A stretch of 53,394 nucleotides of DNA, taken from IMG/VR virus record IMGVR_UViG_3300014913_000002, positions 1-53,394 of that record, one strand, 5' to 3'. How positions within the stretch are numbered: the first letter of the stretch is position 1; the number at the start of each line of letters is the position of its first letter. The position numbers and the translations under genes were made by a program. Below the pieces are notes generated by a model, which was not told the DNA's origin, searched no databases, and worked only from the letters and a program-made list of their open reading frames with translations. The stretch is from a virus (Duplodnaviria > Caudoviricetes). Shown here in pieces: positions 9,153-17,853 of the stretch.

Positions 9153-11708
9153 TTAGAACCTGTTTATAACTGAATTTATGTCCCATTTCTGATAAAAATA
9201 AACCGGACTAGCCTGTCGTCTATGTCGTAAATACTCTAAATCAGGCTTGCTTCTCATGTGAATTGTTTCAGAATCCAAACAAACTGCAACTTTCCACCCA
9301 GAATGTTTCATAAGTGAAAGAAAAAAATCCATGTGTTCGTATTCTACCTTGATACGATTGTCCCACTTTACATCATCAAAAACTTCTCTCCGGGCCAAAA
9401 AGAAATTCGGAACCTGGTCAGCGTAGAGGAAATAAACACCATCAACTTGATGTATTTCCTTCTTTGACGGATAGCGGAAAAGAGTCTTGTCCTTCACGTT
9501 TAAAATCAGACCCTTGTTGTAATTTTCGTTGACATAGAAATTCCCGTCTGGCTCGTTTCGGAGAAGCCCGGAGACAATACCAATTTCATCATCGCTATCA
9601 AGGACTTTCTTCATATTTTCAATGGCTTTCCCATTGGTAAGCAAAATATCGTCATCGAGGATTAAGATATAGTCCTCGGTTACCCGGCTAACAATGGCAT
9701 TTCGGCCAACCGATATTCCCGAACCAAACGGAAGCCGGATAACTACGTGACCGTTTCGCTCCAATTGCTGATATAAATATTCTTTCTGGTGCGATATTCG
9801 ACCATCATCAGCGATATAAAGCCGGTATGGAAACGGAAAATTTTCCTCTATTCCCTGAATACACCGCAGAAATGTTTCTTCTCTGAGAAAGGTTTTTATC
9901 CCGATGGCAATGGGTTGGCCTTTCTTTCCCCCGGCTCTTTTCCCTCTGTTTCTTATAACTTCTCCACGCCGGATTTTCTCTTTTATGAGGCTTGAGTTAA
10001 TGTCTTTGGTATAAGGCAAGAATACCGCTTTTCCACCAAAGACTCGGACAAACTCTTCTCCAGGAATATGGTCCCAATCGTCACCGTGAACAATATAGTC
10101 AGGATGAATGCTGAGCCTCTGGAAATCCCGGGTAGGGTCGGGATCGTGTTGCTCTATAACCTCATCCACTATGGCCAGAGCTTCAATAATCCGCTTTCTC
10201 TGCTCAAAAGGAATAATCGGTGAGTCTTTGTATTTTCGTGTTGCCCGGTCGGTCAACACCCCCACAATTAGATAACTACCCAGTTTTTTAGCCTTCTCCA
10301 AAATATTCAAATGCCCGACATGAAACAAATCCCACACCCCACCAACAAAAACAGTCTTATTCTTTTTGAAAAACGCCGGGTCTATTGCCTGACAATCAAT
10401 CCAGTATTTGTAATCTTTCTTTGGTACTCGCCAATCTTTACCATACCGGTGTTCAAGATATTTCTCTGGCGGACTTGGAACAAAGCATCTTATGTTCCGA
10501 AACAGTATTTCTTCCAGCTCTTCAAAAAGCTCTGCCGGGAAGACATGGGGGAGAAATTTGTCATATTTCCCAGAAGGACCTGGTCCAAAAGCACCATGCC
10601 ACCAGATGTTGCCTTTTTTGAAAAAGAAAAACAGGTCAACTTTAATCCCTTTCCAGCGAAAGCTCAGCTCAATTTTCTTTCTTCCCCATCGCCATTCTTT
10701 GTAAAACTCAAAGCCGGCATCCAAGAATCGCTTCTTTAGTTTGTCCCAATGTTTTAAGTTCCCTGGTGCTATACCGATGTCTATGTCCGGATCATGACTG
10801 ATAAAATCCTTTTCCCGGATTGCCCCAAGACACGTCCCAGCTTCAAGCCACCATTTGATTTTTTCTTCCTCTAGAATCCTAACGGCCTTTTCTAATGCCT
10901 CGTCTTTTTCGCTATAATCAAATTTTCCCATAGTGTCATACCGTAAGGGATTTATTTTGTTAAACGAACTTATCGAGTAAGTTACTCCCCATTTTCGGCC
11001 AAAGAGTCGCCAGCCAACCGGCCGCTGGCGGTATTTTAGATACTCCGTGTTCTCTTTATTTGAATCATGAACCATGTAAACATCCGGGGTGTAAGCCACT
11101 TTCCACTTTGAGTCATATTTAACTCTAAGAAAGAAGTCCGAATGCTCAAGGGCGGTTTTAAATTGCTCGTCCCATTTTACCTTATCCCAAACCGCCCTCC
11201 GCATCATAAAGACATTTAAAATTAAGTCACAGAGAAAATAATTTATTCCGTCAACTGCCCGCCACTCCGGATTTTCTACTTTCTCAATATAATGGGTGTC
11301 ATTCTCAATCCAGGTATTTGCTTCATAGTGTTGTTCATCTCCATCTGGGGTTATAAGAAGCCCCCCGACTATTCCAACATCCGGCTCAGCATCCAGGATT
11401 TTCCGCCAGCACTCAAGCTTGGTTTCTTTTGTGAAGATAATATCGTCTTCACAGATGACTATAAATTCATATTCATCTGGAATTCTTTTTAAACTCTCAT
11501 TCCGGACGCCAGCCACCCCCAGGTCAAAGGGAAGCTCAAAAAGGACGCAATTGTATCTTTCTGCGAACTTTGTTTTCTTTTCTGATGGCCGACCGTTATC
11601 ACCGATAAAAATCGGGATGTCTTTGTAATATTTCCGGATTGACTTTATACATCGAAAAAGAAGCTCATCCCTGAGAAAAGTTGTAACAAGAATAGCCGTG
11701 TCTTTCAT
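9153..11708 (-). CDS. Four-domain fusion: GT2 glycosyltransferase + LicD/fukutin-family phosphotransferase + cytidylyltransferase + GT2 glycosyltransferase
   Basis: GT2 (TTFLR, GDNG, RN, EDD, EHSDFF); LicD (WLEAGTCLGAIR, HDPDIDIG, YLEHRYG..W); HxGH cytidylyltransferase (GVWDLFHVGH, HGDDW); second GT2 (KTFLR, IADDG, GRN, LDDD, EHMDFF). Start chosen at an ATGA overlap. Confidence 0.9.
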   Translation of the reverse strand: MKDTAILVTTFLRDELLFRCIKSIRKYYKDIPIFIGDNGRPSEKKTKFAERYNCVLFELPFDLGVAGVRNESLKRIPDEYEFIVICEDDIIFTKETKLECWRKILDAEPDVGIVGGLLITPDGDEQHYEANTWIENDTHYIEKVENPEWRAVDGINYFLCDLILNVFMMRRAVWDKVKWDEQFKTALEHSDFFLRVKYDSKWKVAYTPDVYMVHDSNKENTEYLKYRQRPVGWRLFGRKWGVTYSISSFNKINPLRYDTMGKFDYSEKDEALEKAVRILEEEKIKWWLEAGTCLGAIREKDFISHDPDIDIGIAPGNLKHWDKLKKRFLDAGFEFYKEWRWGRKKIELSFRWKGIKVDLFFFFKKGNIWWHGAFGPGPSGKYDKFLPHVFPAELFEELEEILFRNIRCFVPSPPEKYLEHRYGKDWRVPKKDYKYWIDCQAIDPAFFKKNKTVFVGGVWDLFHVGHLNILEKAKKLGSYLIVGVLTDRATRKYKDSPIIPFEQRKRIIEALAIVDEVIEQHDPDPTRDFQRLSIHPDYIVHGDDWDHIPGEEFVRVFGGKAVFLPYTKDINSSLIKEKIRRGEVIRNRGKRAGGKKGQPIAIGIKTFLREETFLRCIQGIEENFPFPYRLYIADDGRISHQKEYLYQQLERNGHVVIRLPFGSGISVGRNAIVSRVTEDYILILDDDILLTNGKAIENMKKVLDSDDEIGIVSGLLRNEPDGNFYVNENYNKGLILNVKDKTLFRYPSKKEIHQVDGVYFLYADQVPNFFLARREVFDDVKWDNRIKVEYEHMDFFLSLMKHSGWKVAVCLDSETIHMRSKPDLEYLRHRRQASPVYFYQKWDINSVINRF

Positions 11709-11935
11709 TTGTTCCATCGCAAAATGATATGCCAGCTTCCCTTGATACACCCTTTCTCAAAATGGTCAAGGTGAGCATGGGGATAAAATAATGCCTCGGT
11801 CAGGTTTGTAATATGCTTTCCGTCATCCGGCATCAGCTCGTAGTTGTCTTCAAGTGCAAAGACAGCCGGCTGGCCACATTTAGGGCATTCTCGCCACTGA
11901 AAGCGTCCTTGTTTGTCGGTATAGGTTTTTATCAT
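11705..11935 (-). CDS. Small CxxC protein
   Basis: 76 aa, CPKCG; ATGA-coupled to the downstream fusion gene. Confidence 0.6.
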   Translation of the reverse strand: MIKTYTDKQGRFQWRECPKCGQPAVFALEDNYELMPDDGKHITNLTEALFYPHAHLDHFEKGCIKGSWHIILRWNK

Positions 11936-11981
11936 TTTTCGTCAATCTGTTATCACAAAACTTCAAATTCATGTCAGTCTA

Positions 11982-12010
11982 TTGACATTTCTCTAAAAAT
12001 GCTTTACAAT
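11982..12010 (+). promoter_or_regulatory. Sigma70-type promoter
   Basis: TTGACA-N17-TACAAT, 8 nt upstream of ATG 12019. Confidence 0.7.
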
Positions 12011-12018
12011 AACAAAAA

Positions 12019-12294
12019 ATGATTCTCTTAAATAATGAACCCCGATTAATCCGTTCATTACATGAAGAATGGGATTGGATTCTACTTGTCTGTCCTCAAT
12101 GCGGCTTTAAACTCAAGATTCCAGTCTTCAATAAAGGCGCAGTGTATTACGATGAAGACTTAGACATTCTCACAATGCCCCACGTCTCTCCTCTGTATAT
12201 AGATATTGAACCATTATCCTTTATCTGTAATCATTGTGGTCGCGGGTTTCCTTCTTGTAAAAAAACCCTTACCGTTTATCCAAAATTTCCTTAA
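12019..12294 (+). CDS. Small zinc-ribbon protein, opposite to the late operon
   Basis: CPQC and CNHC pairs; own promoter; fills an otherwise gene-free gap. Confidence 0.6.
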   Translation: MILLNNEPRLIRSLHEEWDWILLVCPQCGFKLKIPVFNKGAVYYDEDLDILTMPHVSPLYIDIEPLSFICNHCGRGFPSCKKTLTVYPKFP

Positions 12295-12994
12295 CTAGTG
12301 GTTGCTCAAAAAGAATCTTCTTTCGCCTTTCAAATTCTGTTCTGGTTAAGTTGTCTACCTTATCTTTCTTCCACATCCGAGCGGAGTACCAATTGTGGTA
12401 GAGCGTGGGCTTCCCCATGATATAGTAATTGTCTCCCCATACATCACCATAAAACTTTTTGCCATCAGGCTCGTAGCCGGGTGGAATCCGGAGAATCTCC
12501 CAGCCTTCACTTAGAAGGTCGAAATAAATCTTTCTCCCCACATCAAAGCCTTCTCTGGGAACAAAAGATAATCCCATATCCAGAAAAAACTCCCGCTCAA
12601 AAAACATGAAACACGGATGAATCGGCTTGAGACCGTCTCCACCAGCACAAATAAGTTTTCTCTTTTTCTTGGCAATATAAAGCTCGATTAGGTCAAAATC
12701 CCATTCTTTTCTCTGAATATGTGCGTCTATATCCAGAACCAGACAGAACCGGCGTTCAGCCTGCCGGAGAGCAAAATCAAGTCCAGCTCCATGCCCAATG
12801 TTTTTGTTCAAGATAAATGCCCGGATGTCTTTAGCTTCTTTTTGCTCTTTCAAAATCCATTCAACCGAACCATCTTCACTTTTATTGTCAACTAGGATTA
12901 TCTCATAAGGAAAATGAGTAAACTTTCTCACTGAGGCAACTAATAGCTTCATAAAATCAAGACAGTTACGGTTAACTGTTAAAATAGAAATCAT
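12269..12994 (-). CDS. Glycosyltransferase family 2
   Basis: ISILTV, EIILVDNKSEDGS, NIGHGAG, LDID (DxD). Confidence 0.9.
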   Translation of the reverse strand: MISILTVNRNCLDFMKLLVASVRKFTHFPYEIILVDNKSEDGSVEWILKEQKEAKDIRAFILNKNIGHGAGLDFALRQAERRFCLVLDIDAHIQRKEWDFDLIELYIAKKKRKLICAGGDGLKPIHPCFMFFEREFFLDMGLSFVPREGFDVGRKIYFDLLSEGWEILRIPPGYEPDGKKFYGDVWGDNYYIMGKPTLYHNWYSARMWKKDKVDNLTRTEFERRKKILFEQPLVKEILDKR

Positions 12995-13158
12995 TTTTTT
13001 CTAATCTTTCTTTTAAATAGCCACCATAATATTCCAATGGTAGCAATAAATTTGTTTTTTATAATTATTTCCTGAATGACCCGATTAGATTCTTTATCTA
13101 AATAAAATCTCCCAAATTTTATTCCCGGTATCCTAACTTTCATTTCTTCATTATCTCT

Positions 13159-13371
13159 TTAATCTTTATTTTTAATCCCCTGGTCTTTAATTTCTTGAAT
13201 TTCATCATCATAAATTGAATATTTATAAGCTTTTTTAATATCTACTTCAAAGCCGAAATCAAAAATTCCCGCTGTATTAATCAAAAAATCTCTTAATTTT
13301 TTATCCAGAGATTTAAAACGCTTTTTTCCCACTAATTTATACCACTCTTTCTCTTTTTCTTGTATCTTCAT
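13159..13371 (-). CDS. Hypothetical protein
   Basis: ATGA overlap with the upstream gene. Confidence 0.5.
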   Translation of the reverse strand: MKIQEKEKEWYKLVGKKRFKSLDKKLRDFLINTAGIFDFGFEVDIKKAYKYSIYDDEIQEIKDQGIKNKD

Positions 13372-13799
13372 TTTCTTATTACCTCTTTAATCTTTTTCTC
13401 CACATCGCCTTCATGGGAAAAAAACGATGGGAAAAGATATGGCCTGCCAGCCATTTTCCTTGTTCCAAATTCCTGAAAAGGCGCATAAAAAACATTAGTG
13501 CCAACTACCACTTCAAATTTATCTGGTTTGGAGTCAGGCCGGCCAATGCCGTGTTCACTTTTAGCCGGTGGGGTAACCTTTCCTCTCTGAGGCCCACCAG
13601 TCCAATTAACCGACAAAGAACCAATAAGCAATCCCGTTTCGTAAACCCCTTTTTCTCTAGCGGTTAGCTTGGCGTCGGTAAGAATTCTGTAGCCGATTTC
13701 TTTCAGTACTTTCTTGGCCTCTCCACTTTTCTCTTCCACCCACCGCTTCAGGTTTAGCTTAACTTTATCGGTGCCCTTTATTTTTATCTCAACTGACAT
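13368..13799 (-). CDS. HK97 gp10-like neck protein
   Basis: TGLLIGS, VGTNVFYAPFQEFGT, RPYLFPS. Confidence 0.9.
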   Translation of the reverse strand: MSVEIKIKGTDKVKLNLKRWVEEKSGEAKKVLKEIGYRILTDAKLTAREKGVYETGLLIGSLSVNWTGGPQRGKVTPPAKSEHGIGRPDSKPDKFEVVVGTNVFYAPFQEFGTRKMAGRPYLFPSFFSHEGDVEKKIKEVIRK

Positions 13800-13800
13800 C

Positions 13801-14139
13801 TTAATCTCTCCCCAGCTCCACTACCGCTAGCTTCATGTATCTCCCCGCTTCACTCCAATTTTCAACCAGCTTTATTTCAAATGTCCGGCCATCTTTTTCT
13901 AAAATGTCACCTTCTTTTATCCCTGACCGATATTCCATGTAAACATAATAATCGGGAAATACCGCTTCTTTGTTGTAAGCGATAATCTCAAGTTTCTTGG
14001 TTAATGTCTCGAATCGGCAGGGAACCCGGCGATAAAGCACGGTGTAAGTTGTGTCTGAGTATCCCCCCAGCTCATCAACGGTAGAAACATCCGCCCTTTT
14101 TATGGTGCAGGATGAATCTAAAAGTGCCCTAAAGCTCAT
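13801..14139 (-). CDS. Head-closure/stopper protein
   Basis: DELGG, VPCRF, GD.L..DGRTFEI; synteny. Confidence 0.75.
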   Translation of the reverse strand: MSFRALLDSSCTIKRADVSTVDELGGYSDTTYTVLYRRVPCRFETLTKKLEIIAYNKEAVFPDYYVYMEYRSGIKEGDILEKDGRTFEIKLVENWSEAGRYMKLAVVELGRD

Positions 14140-14306
14140 TTTAATATTTCCCCACCTTCTCTTAATTCATATACGGTTACCTGATATTGTCCTCTTTGCT
14201 CCAGCCGGCCATACATCTTCAATAAAAACTGGATTAGCTCAAGTATTTCTTCCCGGTTGTCGGTTGAAAGGTAAATACTTTCGTCTCGAAACTCTATATC
14301 AATCAT
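14136..14306 (-). CDS. Small hypothetical protein (56 aa)
   Basis: MIDIEFRDES...; ATGA-coupled on both sides; below the ORF-track cutoff. Confidence 0.55.
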   Translation of the reverse strand: MIDIEFRDESIYLSTDNREEILELIQFLLKMYGRLEQRGQYQVTVYELREGGEILK

Positions 14307-15430
14307 AAAATATCCACCCTTCTAAAAAGTTGGAGTTGTGAAAGAAGGTCATCGGGCAATGCATTCTTCAGATCAGCCAGTGTATAGCTATAAACATTGC
14401 CAATCTTTTCTGACTTCAGCCCGGAATCTCTTTTTGATTGGTCATATTTAAATTTCACCAGCTCTAGACAGGCCTGCTCTAAAGCATACGGAATGGTTGT
14501 ATAACCTGCGGTATACCAGACAAAAACATTTTGGTGGCCGGCAGTAAACCCGCCTGAATAGTAGAGAATCCCCGGGTTATAAAATTCATCTGTGCTGGTT
14601 TCTAAGTGATAGTCGGTTATATAGTCGTCTGGAATTTCAATATAAGCTATATCCGGGTCAAGGCAATACATGGCCGGTCGGACAAGGATTTCTGAGGCCT
14701 GATAGCTCCCAAAGTCTGAGTCAACCAGCGAACACTCCCAGCCGGTCTCATTTTCAATAGCGGTGATTAGGTCGTTTATGGTTGAATAGTCAGAGATAGT
14801 TAGCTCAGTCGCTGAGCCGTCAGCGGTCAGGATGACTTTGGTGTCCGTTACCTCGACAAAAGCTGAGGTGGTGGCGGTTGTGTTTTTCACCGAAAAAGCA
14901 TCGGCCCGGCCGATAGCCACTCGGGAAACCTGAGTCACCGGATATTCCCGGAGGACCAGCCTTCTTTTTCCATTTCCATCATATACTTCTTTGGTATAGC
15001 TCCGGCTTTTAAGTTTCCGGCCACAGTATCTCTCTATCAAATCAGACGCCCGGTCAATTAACCTTTCTATTAAGTAATTGTCTTTTATTTTTAGGGTTTG
15101 CTCGTTAGCCGAGCCTTTGGCATTCAGTTGGCCGGTCACCAGAAGGTCAGCCGATGAAGCCGAAGAGTGATAAAGAAGCCCGGCCACCCAATCGGTGACG
15201 CTATTGTTGATATAATTGACCAACTCTCCCAGCGTATCATAGCTAGCGTTGGTTAAATCAATCTCAGTAGTGCCAGAGTCGGTCAAGATAAGTTTATTTT
15301 CCTGAACCTCAACCGTAGCTGTGGCGTTTGTGCCACTATAATATATCCAGAAGGCATCCCGGCTTACATCTTCTCCGATATAAGCCAACGCCTCATTTAA
15401 ACTAGTTAATGCGTATGTTCCTACCGCCAT
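14303..15430 (-). CDS. Head-tail adaptor (gp6/gp15-like) with two inserted repeat domains
   Basis: ALTSLNEALAYI, LIDRASDLIERYCGR, YTAGY..IPYALEQAC, SEKIG.YSY. Confidence 0.8.
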   Translation of the reverse strand: MAVGTYALTSLNEALAYIGEDVSRDAFWIYYSGTNATATVEVQENKLILTDSGTTEIDLTNASYDTLGELVNYINNSVTDWVAGLLYHSSASSADLLVTGQLNAKGSANEQTLKIKDNYLIERLIDRASDLIERYCGRKLKSRSYTKEVYDGNGKRRLVLREYPVTQVSRVAIGRADAFSVKNTTATTSAFVEVTDTKVILTADGSATELTISDYSTINDLITAIENETGWECSLVDSDFGSYQASEILVRPAMYCLDPDIAYIEIPDDYITDYHLETSTDEFYNPGILYYSGGFTAGHQNVFVWYTAGYTTIPYALEQACLELVKFKYDQSKRDSGLKSEKIGNVYSYTLADLKNALPDDLLSQLQLFRRVDIL

Positions 15431-15441
15431 TTTTTACTTCC

Positions 15442-15861
15442 TTACGCTTTTTGATATTGCGGACAAGCAATAATCTTTGTGTAAATTGATTGTTTACATC
15501 CCCGCTTACACGTTAAACACCGGGCGTTCAGCTTCTCCCACCACATTTTTTCAACTTCTTTTCTTGAAAAGTCACTGACTTTTTGAGTCCGCAAATTTTT
15601 GTTTTGTAAGTTATTGATTCTATTGAGCCTTTTTACAACCTTTTTGCCATTTTTTCGGGGGGTGCGTGGTAGACCCTTCAGATTTCGCTTGTTTTGCTCT
15701 TTTATGAAGCGTATAGCATTGATAGTTAAAGGTTTACGCCCGCTTTCCATCGCAGACACATATTGTTGAGAAACGCCTAGAATCGCCGCTAAATTCGCTT
15801 GGTTGTATTTTGCAATTTTACGGGCATTGATTAGGTCGAACCGGTCATAAGTCTGTTTCAT
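15442..15861 (-). CDS. XRE-type HTH protein with Cys-rich C-terminus
   Basis: QANLAAILGVSQQYVSAMESG; C-terminal CLTCKRGC...CP. Confidence 0.75.
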   Translation of the reverse strand: MKQTYDRFDLINARKIAKYNQANLAAILGVSQQYVSAMESGRKPLTINAIRFIKEQNKRNLKGLPRTPRKNGKKVVKRLNRINNLQNKNLRTQKVSDFSRKEVEKMWWEKLNARCLTCKRGCKQSIYTKIIACPQYQKA

Positions 15862-16150
15862 TGTCGCCGGCTTCCTTTATCTCTTCTGAATACTCTTTCC
15901 ACAGGTCACCCACTACACCTTGGGGTTCATCGTCTTCTGGGGTAAAAAAGACAAATTCATAATCCGATACCTCATCTTGGGTTTTTGTTTCCTTGGTCGC
16001 CTTCTTGGCTTTCTTTTTGCCTGTTTCCACTTTTGTCACACCATACACATCTATAAGATAATGAACCGTGGTTGGGGAAGTTGTATAGTGGAGTTGACCC
16101 TTCTTGTAAGGCCCCCAATCTTTTACAAATCTAAGTTTGGTCACCGTCAT
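15845..16150 (-). CDS. Hypothetical protein
   Basis: RBS AAGGGGG before MTVTKL; post-capsid position. Confidence 0.55.
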   Translation of the reverse strand: MTVTKLRFVKDWGPYKKGQLHYTTSPTTVHYLIDVYGVTKVETGKKKAKKATKETKTQDEVSDYEFVFFTPEDDEPQGVVGDLWKEYSEEIKEAGDNETDL

Positions 16151-16268
16151 TATGACCCCCTTTTGCCTTCTCTGGCTCTTCAATCATTTTATTTCTGGGA
16201 GAAAACCCGAAAAACTTAATTTTCTTTCTTTTTCTGAACAGTCTTTTTGGTTTTTTCTTTTTTGCCAT
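16131..16268 (-). CDS. Small basic hypothetical protein
   Basis: MAKKKKPKR...PRNKMI. Confidence 0.4.
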   Translation of the reverse strand: MAKKKKPKRLFRKRKKIKFFGFSPRNKMIEEPEKAKGGHNDGDQT

Positions 16269-16362
16269 TTTCTCTTCAATCCACTCAAGAAAAAGCCGGG
16301 TAGGGGAAAGGCCATAACAAGGCCTCCCCCTCACTGGCTTAATCTTCTATCTTACAACGGCC

Positions 16363-16785
16363 TTATGGTAAGCTTGAAGAGCCGTAGCGTGCTCTGCCCT
16401 GAAGCAGAATGCCGGCAATATATTCTTGTCCATCAGCATCATCGGTGCTTACTCGGAAACCCACATATCGATAATTGGGGCTAAGCTCTTCAGCTCGAAC
16501 TTCAGCTTGGAGAACATCTTTTACAGAAGTTCCGGTAGAGGTAAAGGTATCGGTTTTTCCTGAGATGGCCTGAGCATTTGCTCCACTGGAAGAAGTTGCT
16601 TCAAGTAACTGCAGAGTGATTTTCTGGCCATTGGCGACATTTGTGGCAATCACATAGGCCACAACCGCATCATAGTATTTCATGTCCACAAAAGTAGCAG
16701 TTTCCACCTTGTCATTGGTTTCTCCACCCAGAGCAGAGGAGAAAACACCATAGGCCGGTTTGTAGTTTTCTTTGAACTTGTGCAT
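16363..16785 (-). CDS. Putative capsid cement/decoration protein
   Basis: 140 aa, beta-rich, right after the capsid genes; strong RBS (AGGAGGGT). Confidence 0.65.
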   Translation of the reverse strand: MHKFKENYKPAYGVFSSALGGETNDKVETATFVDMKYYDAVVAYVIATNVANGQKITLQLLEATSSSGANAQAISGKTDTFTSTGTSVKDVLQAEVRAEELSPNYRYVGFRVSTDDADGQEYIAGILLQGRARYGSSSLP

Positions 16786-16803
16786 TGTCTACCCTCCTAG
16801 AGT

Positions 16804-17841
16804 TTATGAAGAAGTCGTCAAGCATACAAACGGCGAAACCGTGCTTCCGCCACGCCTTGGGGTAATAGGTCCCTGTGGAACAGGTTGGCCATCCACCCGG
16901 AGGACGATTTTCCAGAATGTCTCGTTCTGGAGGAAGCCGTAGTTCCCGCCGTAATTCACGTGTCTTGACGACGCCACTATCAATTCCCTGTCGAATATGA
17001 CGTATTGTCCGAAGTCAGCCAGAATAATGTCTCCCGTTGTCCCCATAGCAGAGCATTTTTCGGTGACAATAATCGGCCGGCCGAGAATCTGCATCTTAGC
17101 CAAATCAATTACAGAAGCAGGATTGGCCGCATTGGCTGTCAGCTCCATCAACTCAGAAAGAACGCTCTGATTGACGAGCCAAACCGCCATCTGCCAGCTT
17201 CCAGGAAGAAGTCTCTCGGCCATATTGCCAATATCGGCTAGGTCAACTTTGGAGTTGGCTGTCCTGGTCACCGGAATCATTGCCCCGGAATTCATAATCC
17301 CCAGTGGCTGTCCGGAACCGGTTCCCCAGATATAGGCCTCGTCCTCATAGAACCGGATTGCCCGACCAAAAGCCTGGAGGAAGAACTGCTCGAACTTTTC
17401 GACGTCATTTTCAAGGCTATTGGAGACAAAAGCTCCAACCACACCTTCATGAGCTGTGAGTTTCAGGTTGCCCAGTGACGGATCAGAAACATTAGCCGCT
17501 TTATCGCCAGCTTCTTCCAACCAGGTCATGGTAATTCCGCCAAAAATATTGGAACTCCGGTCAGAATCTACAAGGACTCGGACATTCAATGTGTCTGAGT
17601 TTCCAGGTATCCGGATTGCTCTGCTTCTGACAATAGAGTTTTCTAGGGCAACGGAGAGAATCTGGTCTGCCCATTTTTCAGGAACGAGGACACCGCCCGC
17701 TGAGTCGGTGCCCTCGCTCATTGTTTTCTGGAACAATTCGTCTATTCGACTATCCCTTGCCTCCCCATCCAGATATTTCCGGGTGGCGACAAGGAACTCA
17801 CCAAGACTGCGAAACCCACCTGTGAGTTTTTCTTCACTCAT
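16804..17841 (-). CDS. Major capsid protein paralogue 2 (HK97 fold)
   Basis: EGTDSAGGVLVPE, GTGSGQPLGIMN, ILGRPI, RVDGQP. Confidence 0.9.
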   Translation of the reverse strand: MSEEKLTGGFRSLGEFLVATRKYLDGEARDSRIDELFQKTMSEGTDSAGGVLVPEKWADQILSVALENSIVRSRAIRIPGNSDTLNVRVLVDSDRSSNIFGGITMTWLEEAGDKAANVSDPSLGNLKLTAHEGVVGAFVSNSLENDVEKFEQFFLQAFGRAIRFYEDEAYIWGTGSGQPLGIMNSGAMIPVTRTANSKVDLADIGNMAERLLPGSWQMAVWLVNQSVLSELMELTANAANPASVIDLAKMQILGRPIIVTEKCSAMGTTGDIILADFGQYVIFDRELIVASSRHVNYGGNYGFLQNETFWKIVLRVDGQPVPQGPITPRRGGSTVSPFVCLTTSS

Positions 17842-17853
17842 TGTTTCACCTCA

